Origin: an uncultured Christensenella sp.
Lineage (GTDB): Bacteria > Bacillota > Clostridia > Christensenellales > UBA3700
Reading direction: 5' to 3'
Length of the DNA: 64,000 nt
NCBI GenBank assembly: GCA_910576875.1
Contig: CAJTKI010000001.1
Coordinates: forward strand, 350 to 64,349
In this document: positions 47,349-55,719 of the stretch, one piece after another
Position numbering within the stretch: position 1 is the first letter of the stretch
Layout of the letters: each line of letters begins with the position of its first letter
Program-made: the position numbers and the translations under genes
Notes under the pieces: model-generated
The model's database searches: none
Seen by the model: only the letters and a program-made list of their open reading frames with translations
What the model was told of the DNA's origin: nothing

Positions 47349-48191
47349 ATGACGAAATATCAAATTGTTTCCGACAGCTCTTGCGACCTGTCCGCAAATT
47401 ATTTGGAAGACAAGGACATCGGATTCCAAATCGTTCCGTTCGTCGTTCAAGTCGGCGAACGCGCTTTTGCGGATACGCCCGATCTGTCCGTAGACGAAAT
47501 GCTCGACGCGATCGACGCGTCCGGCGCCAAGACAGGTTCCGCCTGTCCGTCTCCCGAAGCGTATTATCAAGCGATGATGCAGAGCGAAGTCAGCTTCGTC
47601 GTCACGATTTCGTCGGGACTGAGCGGATCGTACAACAGCGCATGCGTCGCGCGCGACATGGCGATCGCGCAAGGCAAACGCGTCTATGTGATCGACTCCA
47701 AAGCGACGTGCGGCGTCCAAATCCTGATCATAGACGAACTGGCGCGCCTGATCCGAGCCGGATACGAGTACGAACGGATCTGTGAGGAGATCGAAACGTT
47801 TTGTTCGCAGCGCAAACTGCTGTTCGTACTGCGCAACTTCGACAATCTGATCCGCAACGGTCGCATCCTGAAAATCGTCGCCAAAGTAATCTCCGCGCTC
47901 AACATCTGCCCGATCTGCGCTAAGACGGAACAAGGCACGATCGAGATCCGCGAAAAACTGATCGGCATCAAAAAAACGCTCAAACGTCTCGTGACGCTCG
48001 TGGGCGAAAACATCCGCAACTTCGCCGCCGCGGACATTATCATCAATCATTGTCAGGCGTCCGAAGAAGCGGAACAACTCGAACATCAAATCAAATCGTC
48101 TTTCCCCGAAATCGGAAAGGTGCGGATTATCCCCATGCGGGGACTGGCGTCGTATTACGCCCAAAGGAAAGGACTCATCGTCTCCTTCTGA
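47349..48191 (+). CDS. DegV family fatty-acid-binding protein
   Basis: 280 aa starting MTKYQIVSDSSCDL and containing SSGLSGSYNSA. AAGGA SD. Confidence 0.9.
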   Translation: MTKYQIVSDSSCDLSANYLEDKDIGFQIVPFVVQVGERAFADTPDLSVDEMLDAIDASGAKTGSACPSPEAYYQAMMQSEVSFVVTISSGLSGSYNSACVARDMAIAQGKRVYVIDSKATCGVQILIIDELARLIRAGYEYERICEEIETFCSQRKLLFVLRNFDNLIRNGRILKIVAKVISALNICPICAKTEQGTIEIREKLIGIKKTLKRLVTLVGENIRNFAAADIIINHCQASEEAEQLEHQIKSSFPEIGKVRIIPMRGLASYYAQRKGLIVSF

Positions 48192-48228
48192 TCCGCGCCC
48201 GTCGGGCGACAAGACCAAGGAGACTGCC

Positions 48229-49608
48229 ATGCAAAAATTCGAACGGGTCGTCGCGCAATACGCGGACTGGATGTCGCAGATGAGCGAAGTCTGCTCCGCC
48301 AGCACCGTCATCGCCCCGTCTCTGTACGAGACGTACGACGTCAAGCGCGGACTGCGCGACATCAACGGCAAAGGCGTCGTCGCGGGACTGACCGAAATCA
48401 GCGAAATCAACTCTTCCAAAACGGACGAGCGCGGCAACAGCATCCCCTGTCCGGGCGAACTGTACTACCGCGGCATCGACATCCGCGACCTTGTGGACGG
48501 CTTTGTGCGCGAAGGACGCTACGGATTCGAAGAAACCGCCTATTTGCTGTTGTTCGGCTCGTTGCCGACGACCGATCAACTGTCGCATTTTACGACGATG
48601 CTCGCCGATTTCAGACGATTGCCGGAGAGTTTTGTACGCGACATCATCATGAAAGCGCCCTCGACCGATATGATGAACGTCATCGCGCGCAGCGTTCTGA
48701 CGCTCTATTCGTACGACAAAAATCCGGACGACATTTCGATCCCCAACGTCCTAAGGCAAAGCATTCAACTGATCGCGCAATTCCCGATGCTGTCCGCGTA
48801 CGGGTATCAAGTCTACGCGCACTATCATTCGGACAACAGCCTGATTATCCACAAACCCAGTCCCGAACTTTCGACCGCCGAAAACGTCCTGCGTCTCGTG
48901 CGCGCCAATAAAAAATACACGCCGCTCGAAGCGCGCGTACTCGATCTGTGTCTCGTCCTGCATGCGGAACACGGCGGCGGCAACAACTCCACGTTCACCA
49001 ATCACGTCGTGACCAGTTCGGGCACGGATACATACTCCGCGGTCGCCGCATCGCTGGGATCGCTCAAAGGCCCCAGACACGGCGGCGCCAATATCAAAGT
49101 GTCCAAGATGTTCGACGATCTCAAAGCGACGACGCCGTGCACCGACGAGGCGATTCGGGACTATATCGCGCGGCTGCTGGACAAACGCGCATTCGACCAA
49201 GCGGGACTGGTATACGGGATCGGACACGCCGTCTACTCGATCAGCGATCCGCGCGCCGACATTCTCGGCAAATTCGCCAAAGATCTCGCGATCGCCAAAG
49301 GACTCGAATCCGAATACGAATATTACGAAAAGGTCGCGCGTCTCGCGCCCGAAGTCATCGCCGACAAACGCAAGATTTACAAGGGCGTCAGCGCCAACGT
49401 CGACTTTTATTCCGGTCTCATCTATACGATGCTCAAAATCCCGACCGAACTGTATACGCCGTTGTTCTCCGTCGCCCGCATCGCCGGGTGGAGCGCGCAC
49501 CGCATCGAAGAACTCGCCAACAAGGGCAAGATCATCCGTCCCGGCTATACCGCCGTCGCGCCGCATCAGCCCTATACGGCGCTGGATCGACGCGCCGACC
49601 GCGCATAA
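48229..49608 (+). CDS. Citrate synthase
   Basis: 459 aa with LVLHAEHGGGNNSTFT, GPRHGGAN and the GIGHAVY-type motif. AAGGAG SD. Confidence 0.9.
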   Translation: MQKFERVVAQYADWMSQMSEVCSASTVIAPSLYETYDVKRGLRDINGKGVVAGLTEISEINSSKTDERGNSIPCPGELYYRGIDIRDLVDGFVREGRYGFEETAYLLLFGSLPTTDQLSHFTTMLADFRRLPESFVRDIIMKAPSTDMMNVIARSVLTLYSYDKNPDDISIPNVLRQSIQLIAQFPMLSAYGYQVYAHYHSDNSLIIHKPSPELSTAENVLRLVRANKKYTPLEARVLDLCLVLHAEHGGGNNSTFTNHVVTSSGTDTYSAVAASLGSLKGPRHGGANIKVSKMFDDLKATTPCTDEAIRDYIARLLDKRAFDQAGLVYGIGHAVYSISDPRADILGKFAKDLAIAKGLESEYEYYEKVARLAPEVIADKRKIYKGVSANVDFYSGLIYTMLKIPTELYTPLFSVARIAGWSAHRIEELANKGKIIRPGYTAVAPHQPYTALDRRADRA

Positions 49609-49637
49609 TCCCCGAACGCGATACCCATTGCAATCCG

Positions 49638-49666
49638 AACCCGACGACACATGTCGTCGGGTTTTC
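49638..49666 (+). terminator. Rho-independent terminator after citrate synthase
   Basis: CCCGACGAC-acat-GTCGTCGGG followed by TTTT. Confidence 0.8.
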
Positions 49667-49743
49667 GGATCCGTCAACGCCGCGGCGCAAAGCGCGCCCG
49701 CGTACTTACTCCGCGCGCGATGTATGCGCCTATTCGTCTGTCG

Positions 49744-50010
49744 TTAAGAAAATTGCGTCAAGCCGTATTTCAGCAAAATCTCGTCCGCCGACACTTTCGT
49801 CTTCGAATCGCCTTTGAGCGACATCAATACCGTGCTGTATTCGTACAACGGCATCTTGCCCGCGAGCATAATGCAATATTCCAAAATCGCATCCATATCC
49901 TTGTCGAATGCCGCGGCAATGTCCGCCGTCAAAGTAACGATTTCATCGTTCCAACCGTTTTGGTGCATACTGTCAATCAGACGCACTGCCAGTTCGTCAA
50001 ATTCTCCCAT
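49744..50010 (-). CDS. Hypothetical small protein (88 aa)
   Basis: GGAG SD 8 nt upstream of the ATG. The sequence MGEFDELAVRLIDSMHQNGWNDEIVTLTADIAAAFDK... carries no motif I recognise. Confidence 0.5.
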   Translation of the reverse strand: MGEFDELAVRLIDSMHQNGWNDEIVTLTADIAAAFDKDMDAILEYCIMLAGKMPLYEYSTVLMSLKGDSKTKVSADEILLKYGLTQFS

Positions 50011-50272
50011 CTCACAACTCCGTCTTTTGTATTAAACCGTACCTGTATACGGCATTTTTATCTTAACACAATTCCATCGCCTTGTCGATTCGTTTTTTCA
50101 CAAACCGGCAATTTTTTGCCGTCGGCATTCGTCCCCCGACGCTCCGTATGATCGTCGCCGCGTCGCAGACGACGGATTTGCCGCATGTTCGTCGCCGCGC
50201 GTGCGATGCCGTTTTCGACGATATTGCGGTTTGACTTCGCGCGATGCGTCGCAATCTCCGCGCAGTCGATCG

Positions 50273-50299
50273 GCAAAAGGCTCCCGATATGCGGGAGCC
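50273..50299 (-). terminator. Rho-independent terminator
   Basis: The minus strand reads GGCTCCCG-catat-CGGGAGCC followed by TTTTG, 75 nt downstream of the 50375 stop. Confidence 0.75.
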
Positions 50300-50374
50300 G
50301 TCGCGCGCAAAACACGCGATACCGAAACGATGATTGAACGATCTTACAGCGTCAGAAACGACCCGCTGCCATCG

Positions 50375-50725
50375 CTACGAAAATACCGAATCCCCCAAAT
50401 ACTTGTCATGCGGCGCGATCAGACAACGGTCTATGGCGTTCCAATAACTTTCATAGAGATTCTTTTGCGCGACGCCGTAGCTTTCTTTGCAATCGAATTC
50501 CCAATACAGCATATATTTGACGCTTTTGACGACGCGCCGAATCGAAAGCGGCGGCAAGCCGTCCCGTATCTGCTCCATATCCACATGATGCGTCCGCTTT
50601 GCAAACCGCAACAACAGCAATCCGTTCTGCCGTTTCAAAAACGCTTGCACTTCGTCCATCAGCGTCTCGAACGCTTCGACCTTTTGCGGATGTACCTGAT
50701 AGATGCAAATTTCGCTAAACGCCAT
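50375..50725 (-). CDS. Small ABM (antibiotic biosynthesis monooxygenase)-like / ferredoxin-fold protein
   Basis: Start reset to ATG 50725 (GGGGAGAAAGGGG SD). 116 aa. MAFSEICIYQVHPQKVEAFETLMDEVQAFLKRQNG is the usual ABM N-terminal pattern; the call is tentative. Confidence 0.45.
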   Translation of the reverse strand: MAFSEICIYQVHPQKVEAFETLMDEVQAFLKRQNGLLLLRFAKRTHHVDMEQIRDGLPPLSIRRVVKSVKYMLYWEFDCKESYGVAQKNLYESYWNAIDRCLIAPHDKYLGDSVFS

Positions 50726-50774
50726 TTCCCCTTTCTCCCCGATCCGACGTTTGCTCGGATCCCGATTCGACTCG

Positions 50775-50803
50775 ATTGTACCACAATCCCGATCGCAGCG
50801 CAA
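50775..50803 (-). promoter_or_regulatory. Sigma-A-like promoter TTGCGC-17-TGgTACAAT
   Basis: The minus strand reads aTTGCGCtgcgatcgggattgtggTACAATcga. Confidence 0.35.
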
Positions 50804-51004
50804 TAGCGCATTTTCCGTCCGACGGCAATCCGATTGCTTTTTCGGCAAAATTTTTTCGCGTGCAATCCGACGACAATCGGCACGGGCATCTTTCTTCCCT
50901 GCAACGGACGGGCTGACTCCGTCCATGCCAAGTATGTTTCAAGCGTATCCCGTTGCCGATCTTACATATTGACAATTGGACAATCGGCTTGTCGCGCATT
51001 TGCT

Positions 51005-51499
51005 TTACCGCGCGCGCAACTCCTGCGAAGTCATGACACGGCATCCCTTGCTTGCATAATACTCCAACATTTCGGGGATTTTCCGAAGATCGTAACTCGT
51101 AATGCAGTCGGATAACACGCAAACGCGATAATTTGCTTTGCATAGATTGTAGCAAGACGACTTGACGCACGCGACCGCATCCGCGCCCGCAATATAAAAC
51201 TCCCGTATGTCGTTGCAGGCGATAAAGTCGGCAAATGCCTTACAAGTCAATATACTGCCCTTGTATTTGGTAAACACATGTTCCGACACGATCTTCAAGT
51301 CCGCGACCAATTGCGCCCCGCGCGTATCGGGTTTGAACGTTCTCGTGCCGGCGGATAGATTTTCGTGCCGAATATAGACGACATGTATTCGGTTGTCCGC
51401 CGCCCATGCTATGGCGGCGTTGATCCGGTCGATAATTTGTTTGTAGTTTTTCGTAATGTCGTTCTGAACATCGATGACGACCAAAGCGCTGTTTTGCAT
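51005..51499 (-). CDS. Isochorismatase / cysteine hydrolase family protein
   Basis: Start reset to ATG 51499 (GGAG SD). Starts MQNSALVVIDVQND and carries the nucleophile region AGADAVACVKSS. Confidence 0.8.
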   Translation of the reverse strand: MQNSALVVIDVQNDITKNYKQIIDRINAAIAWAADNRIHVVYIRHENLSAGTRTFKPDTRGAQLVADLKIVSEHVFTKYKGSILTCKAFADFIACNDIREFYIAGADAVACVKSSCYNLCKANYRVCVLSDCITSYDLRKIPEMLEYYASKGCRVMTSQELRAR

Positions 51500-51607
51500 G
51501 CTATCTGCTCCGATACAAATGGATTTCTTATATTTTACCGCCCGATTGTCGACATCGTTATGGCAACAATGTATAATAAAATATAGAACTTTTGTAAGGT
51601 GCAGCAT

Positions 51608-52630
51608 ATGAAAATCGACCGACTCGTCAGCATAATCATGATCTTGCTCGATCAAAATCGCGTAGGCGCGCAAACCTTGGCGGATATGTTCGAAGTATCG
51701 ACGCGGACGATATATCGCGACATCGACGCAATCAATCTGGCGGGCATCCCCATTCGCTCGACTTCGGGCGCGGGCGGCGGCTTTGAAATATTGCCGAATT
51801 ATAAAGTCGAAAAAAATGTCTTTACCGTCGACGATTTGACTGCGATCTTAATGGGACTATATCGGATCAGCGATCTCGTGCGGGGCGACGAACTGATCCA
51901 CGCGCTTGCAAAAGTAAAGCGATTTATTCCCGCCGAACGCGCAAAAGACATCGAATTGCGCGCCAATCAAATATACATCGATTTAAGTCCGTGGATCGGC
52001 AACAAAAATACGGAACGGTATTTGGCAACGATCAAAACCGCTCTGCAACAAAACAAAACGCTGTCGTTCGACTACGCCGACCGCTACGGCAATCCGACCG
52101 CGCGCACCGCCGATCCGTACAGACTGATCCTGAAAAGCAATCGCTGGTATTTGCAAGCATACTGCCATGTTCGCAACGATTTTCGTCTGTTCCGACTATC
52201 GCGCATGTCCGATCTGCGCATGCATAAGCAATGCTTTCCGCCGCGCGAAGTACCGCCCCCGCAACTGGACTTCCCCGATATCGAAACCCTGCAAACCAAA
52301 ATCGTATTGCGCGTACATCGCTCCGTCCTGGACAGAGTGCTCGATTTTTGTACCCGCGACGACATTTCGTCGGACGGCGACGAATATTCGATCGTGCGAT
52401 TTCCTTTTATCGAAAACGACTACTATTACGACATGCTGTTAAGCTTCGGCGACCGATGCGAATGTCTCGAACCGACGCATGTCCGTACGGAAATACAACG
52501 CAGATTACAAAGTATTTTGGCGGTCTATCAAAACGGAAAATTTGTCGGCGACGTACAAAACGCTGCCGTGACAGATTCTTCGCCGTCGACCGAGCGACAA
52601 ACGCCGCCGCAAAACTCAAAATCCCTCTGA
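51608..52630 (+). CDS. YafY-type transcriptional regulator (HTH + WYL domain)
   Basis: MKIDRLVSIIMILLDQNRVGAQTLADMFEVSTRTIYRDIDAINLAGIPI forms the wHTH, and NRWYLQAYCHVRNDFRLFRLSRM is the WYL motif. AAGGTG SD. It is divergent from the hydrolase gene. Confidence 0.85.
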   Translation: MKIDRLVSIIMILLDQNRVGAQTLADMFEVSTRTIYRDIDAINLAGIPIRSTSGAGGGFEILPNYKVEKNVFTVDDLTAILMGLYRISDLVRGDELIHALAKVKRFIPAERAKDIELRANQIYIDLSPWIGNKNTERYLATIKTALQQNKTLSFDYADRYGNPTARTADPYRLILKSNRWYLQAYCHVRNDFRLFRLSRMSDLRMHKQCFPPREVPPPQLDFPDIETLQTKIVLRVHRSVLDRVLDFCTRDDISSDGDEYSIVRFPFIENDYYYDMLLSFGDRCECLEPTHVRTEIQRRLQSILAVYQNGKFVGDVQNAAVTDSSPSTERQTPPQNSKSL

Positions 52631-52770
52631 CGGATCCCCAAACGATGTCCGCAACCACACTCCGACGCATACAGCGTCCGTATCGCTCGTACTCGACGAA
52701 GACGGCGACCCGTCATGCGATACATGCGGCATATGTAGCAAATGCGAGACGGATATTTCGACTTCTACGG

Positions 52771-52798
52771 TTGATTCTCTTGCGCGGTATGCTATAAT
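52771..52798 (+). promoter_or_regulatory. Sigma-A-like promoter TTGATT-16-TGcTATAAT, 6 nt upstream of ATG 52805
   Basis: Read directly: gTTGATTctcttgcgcggtatgcTATAATatgtctATG. Confidence 0.5.
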
Positions 52799-52804
52799 AT
52801 GTCT

Positions 52805-53380
52805 ATGCTTCCGACCAATTTGTTATCCGCAACCAATCGGCACGAACTGCGCGCATGGCTTGCCGAACATCACGACGCCGAAAAAGAATGTTGGGTCATC
52901 GTCAAGCGCGGCAGACCGCAACCCGATCAAACGTTTTGGTATCTCGACGCCGTAGAAGAAGCCTTGTGTTTCGGCTGGATCGACAGCACGGAAAAGCGTC
53001 TCGAAAACGGCGTAACCGCACAGCGATTGGCGCCGCGCAAGAAAAACTCTGCATGGTCGGAACTCAACAAAGAGCGTTGCCGTCGATTGGAAAAATTAGG
53101 ACTTATGACGGATTCCGGACGAAACGCTTTGCCCGACATGTCTGCGTCCGGCTTTGTCACAGACCCGCGGATTTTGCGCGCATTACAGTCGGATCCCGAC
53201 GTATGGAATCGTTTTTTGAGCTTTCCGCCTTTATATCGCCGCGTCCGAATCGATACGATTCAAATCAAAAGCAAACAGCCAGAACTCTTCAACCGCCGTC
53301 TTCAAAAGTTGATCGACAACACCCGACAAGGGATCCTGTACGGCGAATGGAACGATAACGGACGCCTGCTCGATTATTGA
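52805..53380 (+). CDS. YdeI/OmpD-associated (bacteriocin-protection-like) family protein
   Basis: RHELRAWLAEHHDAEKECWVIV, EALCFGWIDS and the C-terminal FLSFPPLYRRVRIDTIQ pattern. Track start 52799 abuts the -10 hexamer, so ATG 52805 (leaderless geometry) is preferred. Confidence 0.75.
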   Translation: MLPTNLLSATNRHELRAWLAEHHDAEKECWVIVKRGRPQPDQTFWYLDAVEEALCFGWIDSTEKRLENGVTAQRLAPRKKNSAWSELNKERCRRLEKLGLMTDSGRNALPDMSASGFVTDPRILRALQSDPDVWNRFLSFPPLYRRVRIDTIQIKSKQPELFNRRLQKLIDNTRQGILYGEWNDNGRLLDY

Positions 53381-53444
53381 AATATGCTTTCCGCCCGATT
53401 TTGATGCATCGAGAAAAAACCGCATGCAAACAACAAACGAAAAC

Positions 53445-53501
53445 AAAAAATCGCCATGCCTCTTGACAAGCTTTCGACCTGCAAGACGCATGGCAGTTTT
53501 T
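53445..53501. terminator. Bidirectional terminator-like long hairpin
   Basis: AAAAAA-tcGCCATGCctcttg...caagacGCATGGCag-TTTTT lies between convergent genes. The inner stem is imperfect. Confidence 0.55.
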
Positions 53502-53532
53502 CGTTACGCGTTTTACGATTAAGCTACGAGAT

Positions 53533-53790
53533 TTACCCTTGATAGCGGTCCAAATTGGCGCGGATTGCTTCGATCAAACGTTTTTCCGCCGCCACTTTCG
53601 CCTGTCTCGCAACCTTCGTGCAAACAAACGTGCCGTACAGTTTGGAAAGGTCGTCGACCAGATTTTTCAAATGCACCGTGTCCAGAATGTTCGTCGATCC
53701 GCAAAGTTCTTCTCCCGAAGATGCAACAACCGTAGCAGTCGTTGCCGCAGGCGTCGTAGTCATTGCCGTATCCGTGATGTTCTTATCCAT
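53533..53790 (-). CDS. Hypothetical small protein (85 aa) with Thr/Ala-rich N-terminus and helical C-half
   Basis: Start reset to ATG 53790 (AAGGAG SD, 8-nt spacer). The sequence MDKNITDTAMTTTPAATTATVVASSGEELCGSTNILDTVHLKNLVDDLSKLYG... carries no motif I recognise. Confidence 0.55.
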   Translation of the reverse strand: MDKNITDTAMTTTPAATTATVVASSGEELCGSTNILDTVHLKNLVDDLSKLYGTFVCTKVARQAKVAAEKRLIEAIRANLDRYQG

Positions 53791-54167
53791 AAAAAGCACT
53801 CCTTATATGTTCTTTGTCCCGATTTGCATCAGACTGCCGCGGATCGCCTGACGCAACGTAGCTCCCTGTATCGGGCGAGACGTTCTACTTTACCAGTCGA
53901 CGGTTCCCGACAACTGCGACGCGGAAACCGTTGCGATACCATATCATACGTCTGTACCGATCGGAAAATGCATACATGTCGCACAAATATCGAATGAAAC
54001 ATGCAATCGCACAAAGAACTTGCCGATCATCGCTTCTCTTAAAGAAAATATCCGAACATTCGATCCGCCCTTTTCACGCCGACGAAAAATACGTGCTCCG
54101 TACGAAAACGAGCGTCTCCTGATATTTTTTTGTCGACAAAAATGCCGCCTGCCTAATCTTCTTTGGT

Positions 54168-54359
54168 TTAGAATTCAAATTCCATATTTGCACGCATATT
54201 TGCAATGATACGATTCCAATCCGGCAAAACCTGGTCATTCTCGTCGTCGACAATCGTTATTTGCAAATATTCCGAATCTATCTGTATCTTTTGAAATTCC
54301 GAATGATAATATATCCAAAGCGTAGTATCGCATAAAGTTACGACATCGTTCACTTGCAA
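54168..54359 (-). CDS. Small ORF overlapping the lipoprotein gene's 3' end (possible displaced C-terminal part)
   Basis: 63 codons with only TTG/GTG start options and no SD. The frame opens right at the A5 tract that ends the upstream gene. Confidence 0.3.
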   Translation of the reverse strand: MQVNDVVTLCDTTLWIYYHSEFQKIQIDSEYLQITIVDDENDQVLPDWNRIIANMRANMEFEF

Positions 54360-54724
54360 GAATTTTTATCTTCAATATCTACTCGATATTTCAAAAATGA
54401 AACGTATTTGTTGCGATATGAATAGTTGATTGCATCTTGCGACATCGAATGTAATGTAACTTTGATATTATCTCTCGCGGACGGCAGCTTCGCGGCGACT
54501 CCGCCCAATTCCGTCCCCGTTATTTCTTTATTCGTAACAACGGGAAAATACACAATCAAACATTCCGTTCGCTCACATACTTTATATTCTATTTTCGGCA
54601 TGATCGATTCTATATCATATGTCATAAATGCGATGTCGGATACTTCACCCGATCCCTGTCCGCAGCCGCTCAACAGCGAAATAATACACAACGCTAAAAC
54701 AAATAAAAATTTTCTATATTTCAT
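54350..54724 (-). CDS. Small lipoprotein
   Basis: MKYRKFLFVLALCIISLLSGCGQG carries a lipobox (LLSGC). AT-rich codon usage, weak SD. The start may instead be GTG 54739. Confidence 0.55.
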   Translation of the reverse strand: MKYRKFLFVLALCIISLLSGCGQGSGEVSDIAFMTYDIESIMPKIEYKVCERTECLIVYFPVVTNKEITGTELGGVAAKLPSARDNIKVTLHSMSQDAINYSYRNKYVSFLKYRVDIEDKNSCK

Positions 54725-54774
54725 CGGATAAAATCTCACGCCTAATGTTTATGAGAAATCTTTTAAAACAGAAC

Positions 54775-54812
54775 CAAAAAAGTCGCGCTTGCTCTTTCGA
54801 TAAAACGCGACT
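54775..54812 (-). terminator. Rho-independent terminator
   Basis: The minus strand reads AGTCGCG-(18-nt loop)-CGCGACT followed by TTTTTTGG. Confidence 0.55.
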
Positions 54813-54850
54813 ATACTCTTTGACGGAGCGGCAGCAACCGAATACGGATT

Positions 54851-55159
54851 TTACAAATACGATATGTACAAAACCATACCGTCTTTGGTCAAGATTTGAA
54901 AATTTTTATAATAAGACCACAGCAAGAAACCGCCTTTATCCACTTGTTCATACAGATACATTTTTATGGTTTCGTCGATTTGCTCGATTTTTTTGGGTTT
55001 TCCCAATATCCCAAGCATTTCCGATTCGGACATTCCTCTATGAATACGGTTCAATTGCGCAGGCGGTTTTTTGCTAAAATGCACTGCAGGGACAATTATT
55101 ATAACCATTACAACCGTCACGGCAGCCATGCCGATAAACAAATATAATATCCAATCCAT
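54851..55159 (-). CDS. Small membrane-anchored protein, SmpA/OmlA- or DUF3862-like
   Basis: Start reset to ATG 55159 (AAAGAGGTG SD). One TM helix (ILYLFIGMAAVTVVMVIIIV), then IHRGMSESEMLGILGKPKKIE resembling the G-M-[ST]-x-x-E-V-x-x-x-L-G-x-P motif. Confidence 0.55.
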   Translation of the reverse strand: MDWILYLFIGMAAVTVVMVIIIVPAVHFSKKPPAQLNRIHRGMSESEMLGILGKPKKIEQIDETIKMYLYEQVDKGGFLLWSYYKNFQILTKDGMVLYISYL

Positions 55160-55450
55160 AAAAGGCACCTCTTTATATACATTATCGCTTATTATCAAAT
55201 ATCGCAATAAATATGTCCTAAAAATAACTATTCGGCACCGTTGCGGAAGTCGGAACAAACCGGCGCGCCGTTGCGGGCGCGCACACGCCCGCCACAAATA
55301 AAAACAAACATAAGCCGATATCCACGCCGAAAAACCAATCATCTCGCGCAGGCTTTTCGCGAAATCGAATTGTATGATTATCGAATCGCGTCGAATGAAA
55401 AAAGCGCACAAACTGCTATGTTCAAACGCATTCCATCTCGGCGAAACGAG

Positions 55451-55489
55451 AAAAAGAAATACGCACGCCTTACAAAAGCGTGCGTATTT
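55451..55489 (-). terminator. Rho-independent terminator downstream of tRNA-Ala
   Basis: The 12-bp stem AAATACGCACGC / GCGTGCGTATTT has a 9-nt loop and is followed on the minus strand by CTTTTT. Confidence 0.8.
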
Positions 55490-55497
55490 CCCTGTTG

Positions 55498-55573
55498 TGG
55501 TGGAGACAAGGGGAGTCGAACCCCTGACCTATGCGTTGCGAACGCATCGCTCTACCAACTGAGCCATGCCCCC
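55498..55573 (-). tRNA. tRNA-Ala (anticodon CGC)
   Basis: Hand-folded 76-nt cloverleaf: GGGGGCA-TG-GCTC-AGTTGGTA-GAGC-G-ATGCG-TTCGCAA-CGCAT-AGGTC-AGGGG-TTCGACT-CCCCT-TGTCTCC-ACCA. It has the G3:U70 Ala identity pair, an A73 discriminator and an encoded CCA. Confidence 0.9.
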
Positions 55574-55625
55574 ATCTGCGCGCGTCGCAGATCCTGTACG
55601 ATCCGCTCGACTTGCGTGTGATCTT

Positions 55626-55654
55626 ATTATAATATCGCCGCAAAAAAAATGCAA
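55626..55654 (-). promoter_or_regulatory. Sigma-A-like promoter TTGCAT-17-TATAAT for the tRNA gene
   Basis: The minus strand reads gTTGCATtttttttgcggcgatatTATAATaag. The predicted leader before the mature 5' end is about 45 nt. Confidence 0.5.
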
Positions 55655-55673
55655 CGGATTTTCTGCAAAATAA

Positions 55674-55702
55674 ATAAAAAGCGCGCCGACATGCGGCGCG
55701 CC
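55674..55702 (-). terminator. Rho-independent terminator after aspartate kinase
   Basis: The minus strand reads GCGCGCCG-catgt-CGGCGCGC followed by TTTTTATTT. Confidence 0.85.
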
Positions 55703-55719
55703 GTGCTTTCTGAGACGAA

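Noticed and set aside
48845-48853. Perfect DnaA box TTATCCACA inside the citrate synthase CDS
   Set aside because: It is a single isolated 9-mer encoding LIIHKP in frame. That is expected by chance and it is not clustered.
50058-50315. Three overlapping small minus-strand ORFs (63-85 aa) in the about 260-bp gap between the ABM-like and 88-aa genes
   Set aside because: They are Arg-rich with no SD, and one would start inside the upstream terminator hairpin. The gap is more likely the promoter and leader of the 88-aa gene (a TCGACA-17-TGtTAAGAT candidate).
53321-53335. 8-nt match (GACAAGGG) to the tRNA-Ala 3' region, considered as a possible att repeat bounding an island
   Set aside because: It is too short, lies inside the ydeI-like CDS, and no integrase is present.
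54127-54142. 16-bp palindrome TTTTTGTCGACAAAAA (TGTCGAC resembles a Spo0A box, TGNCGAA)
   Set aside because: It matches the 0A box at only 6/7 positions, sits in very AT-rich DNA, and has no loop for an RNA hairpin. That is insufficient to call a site.
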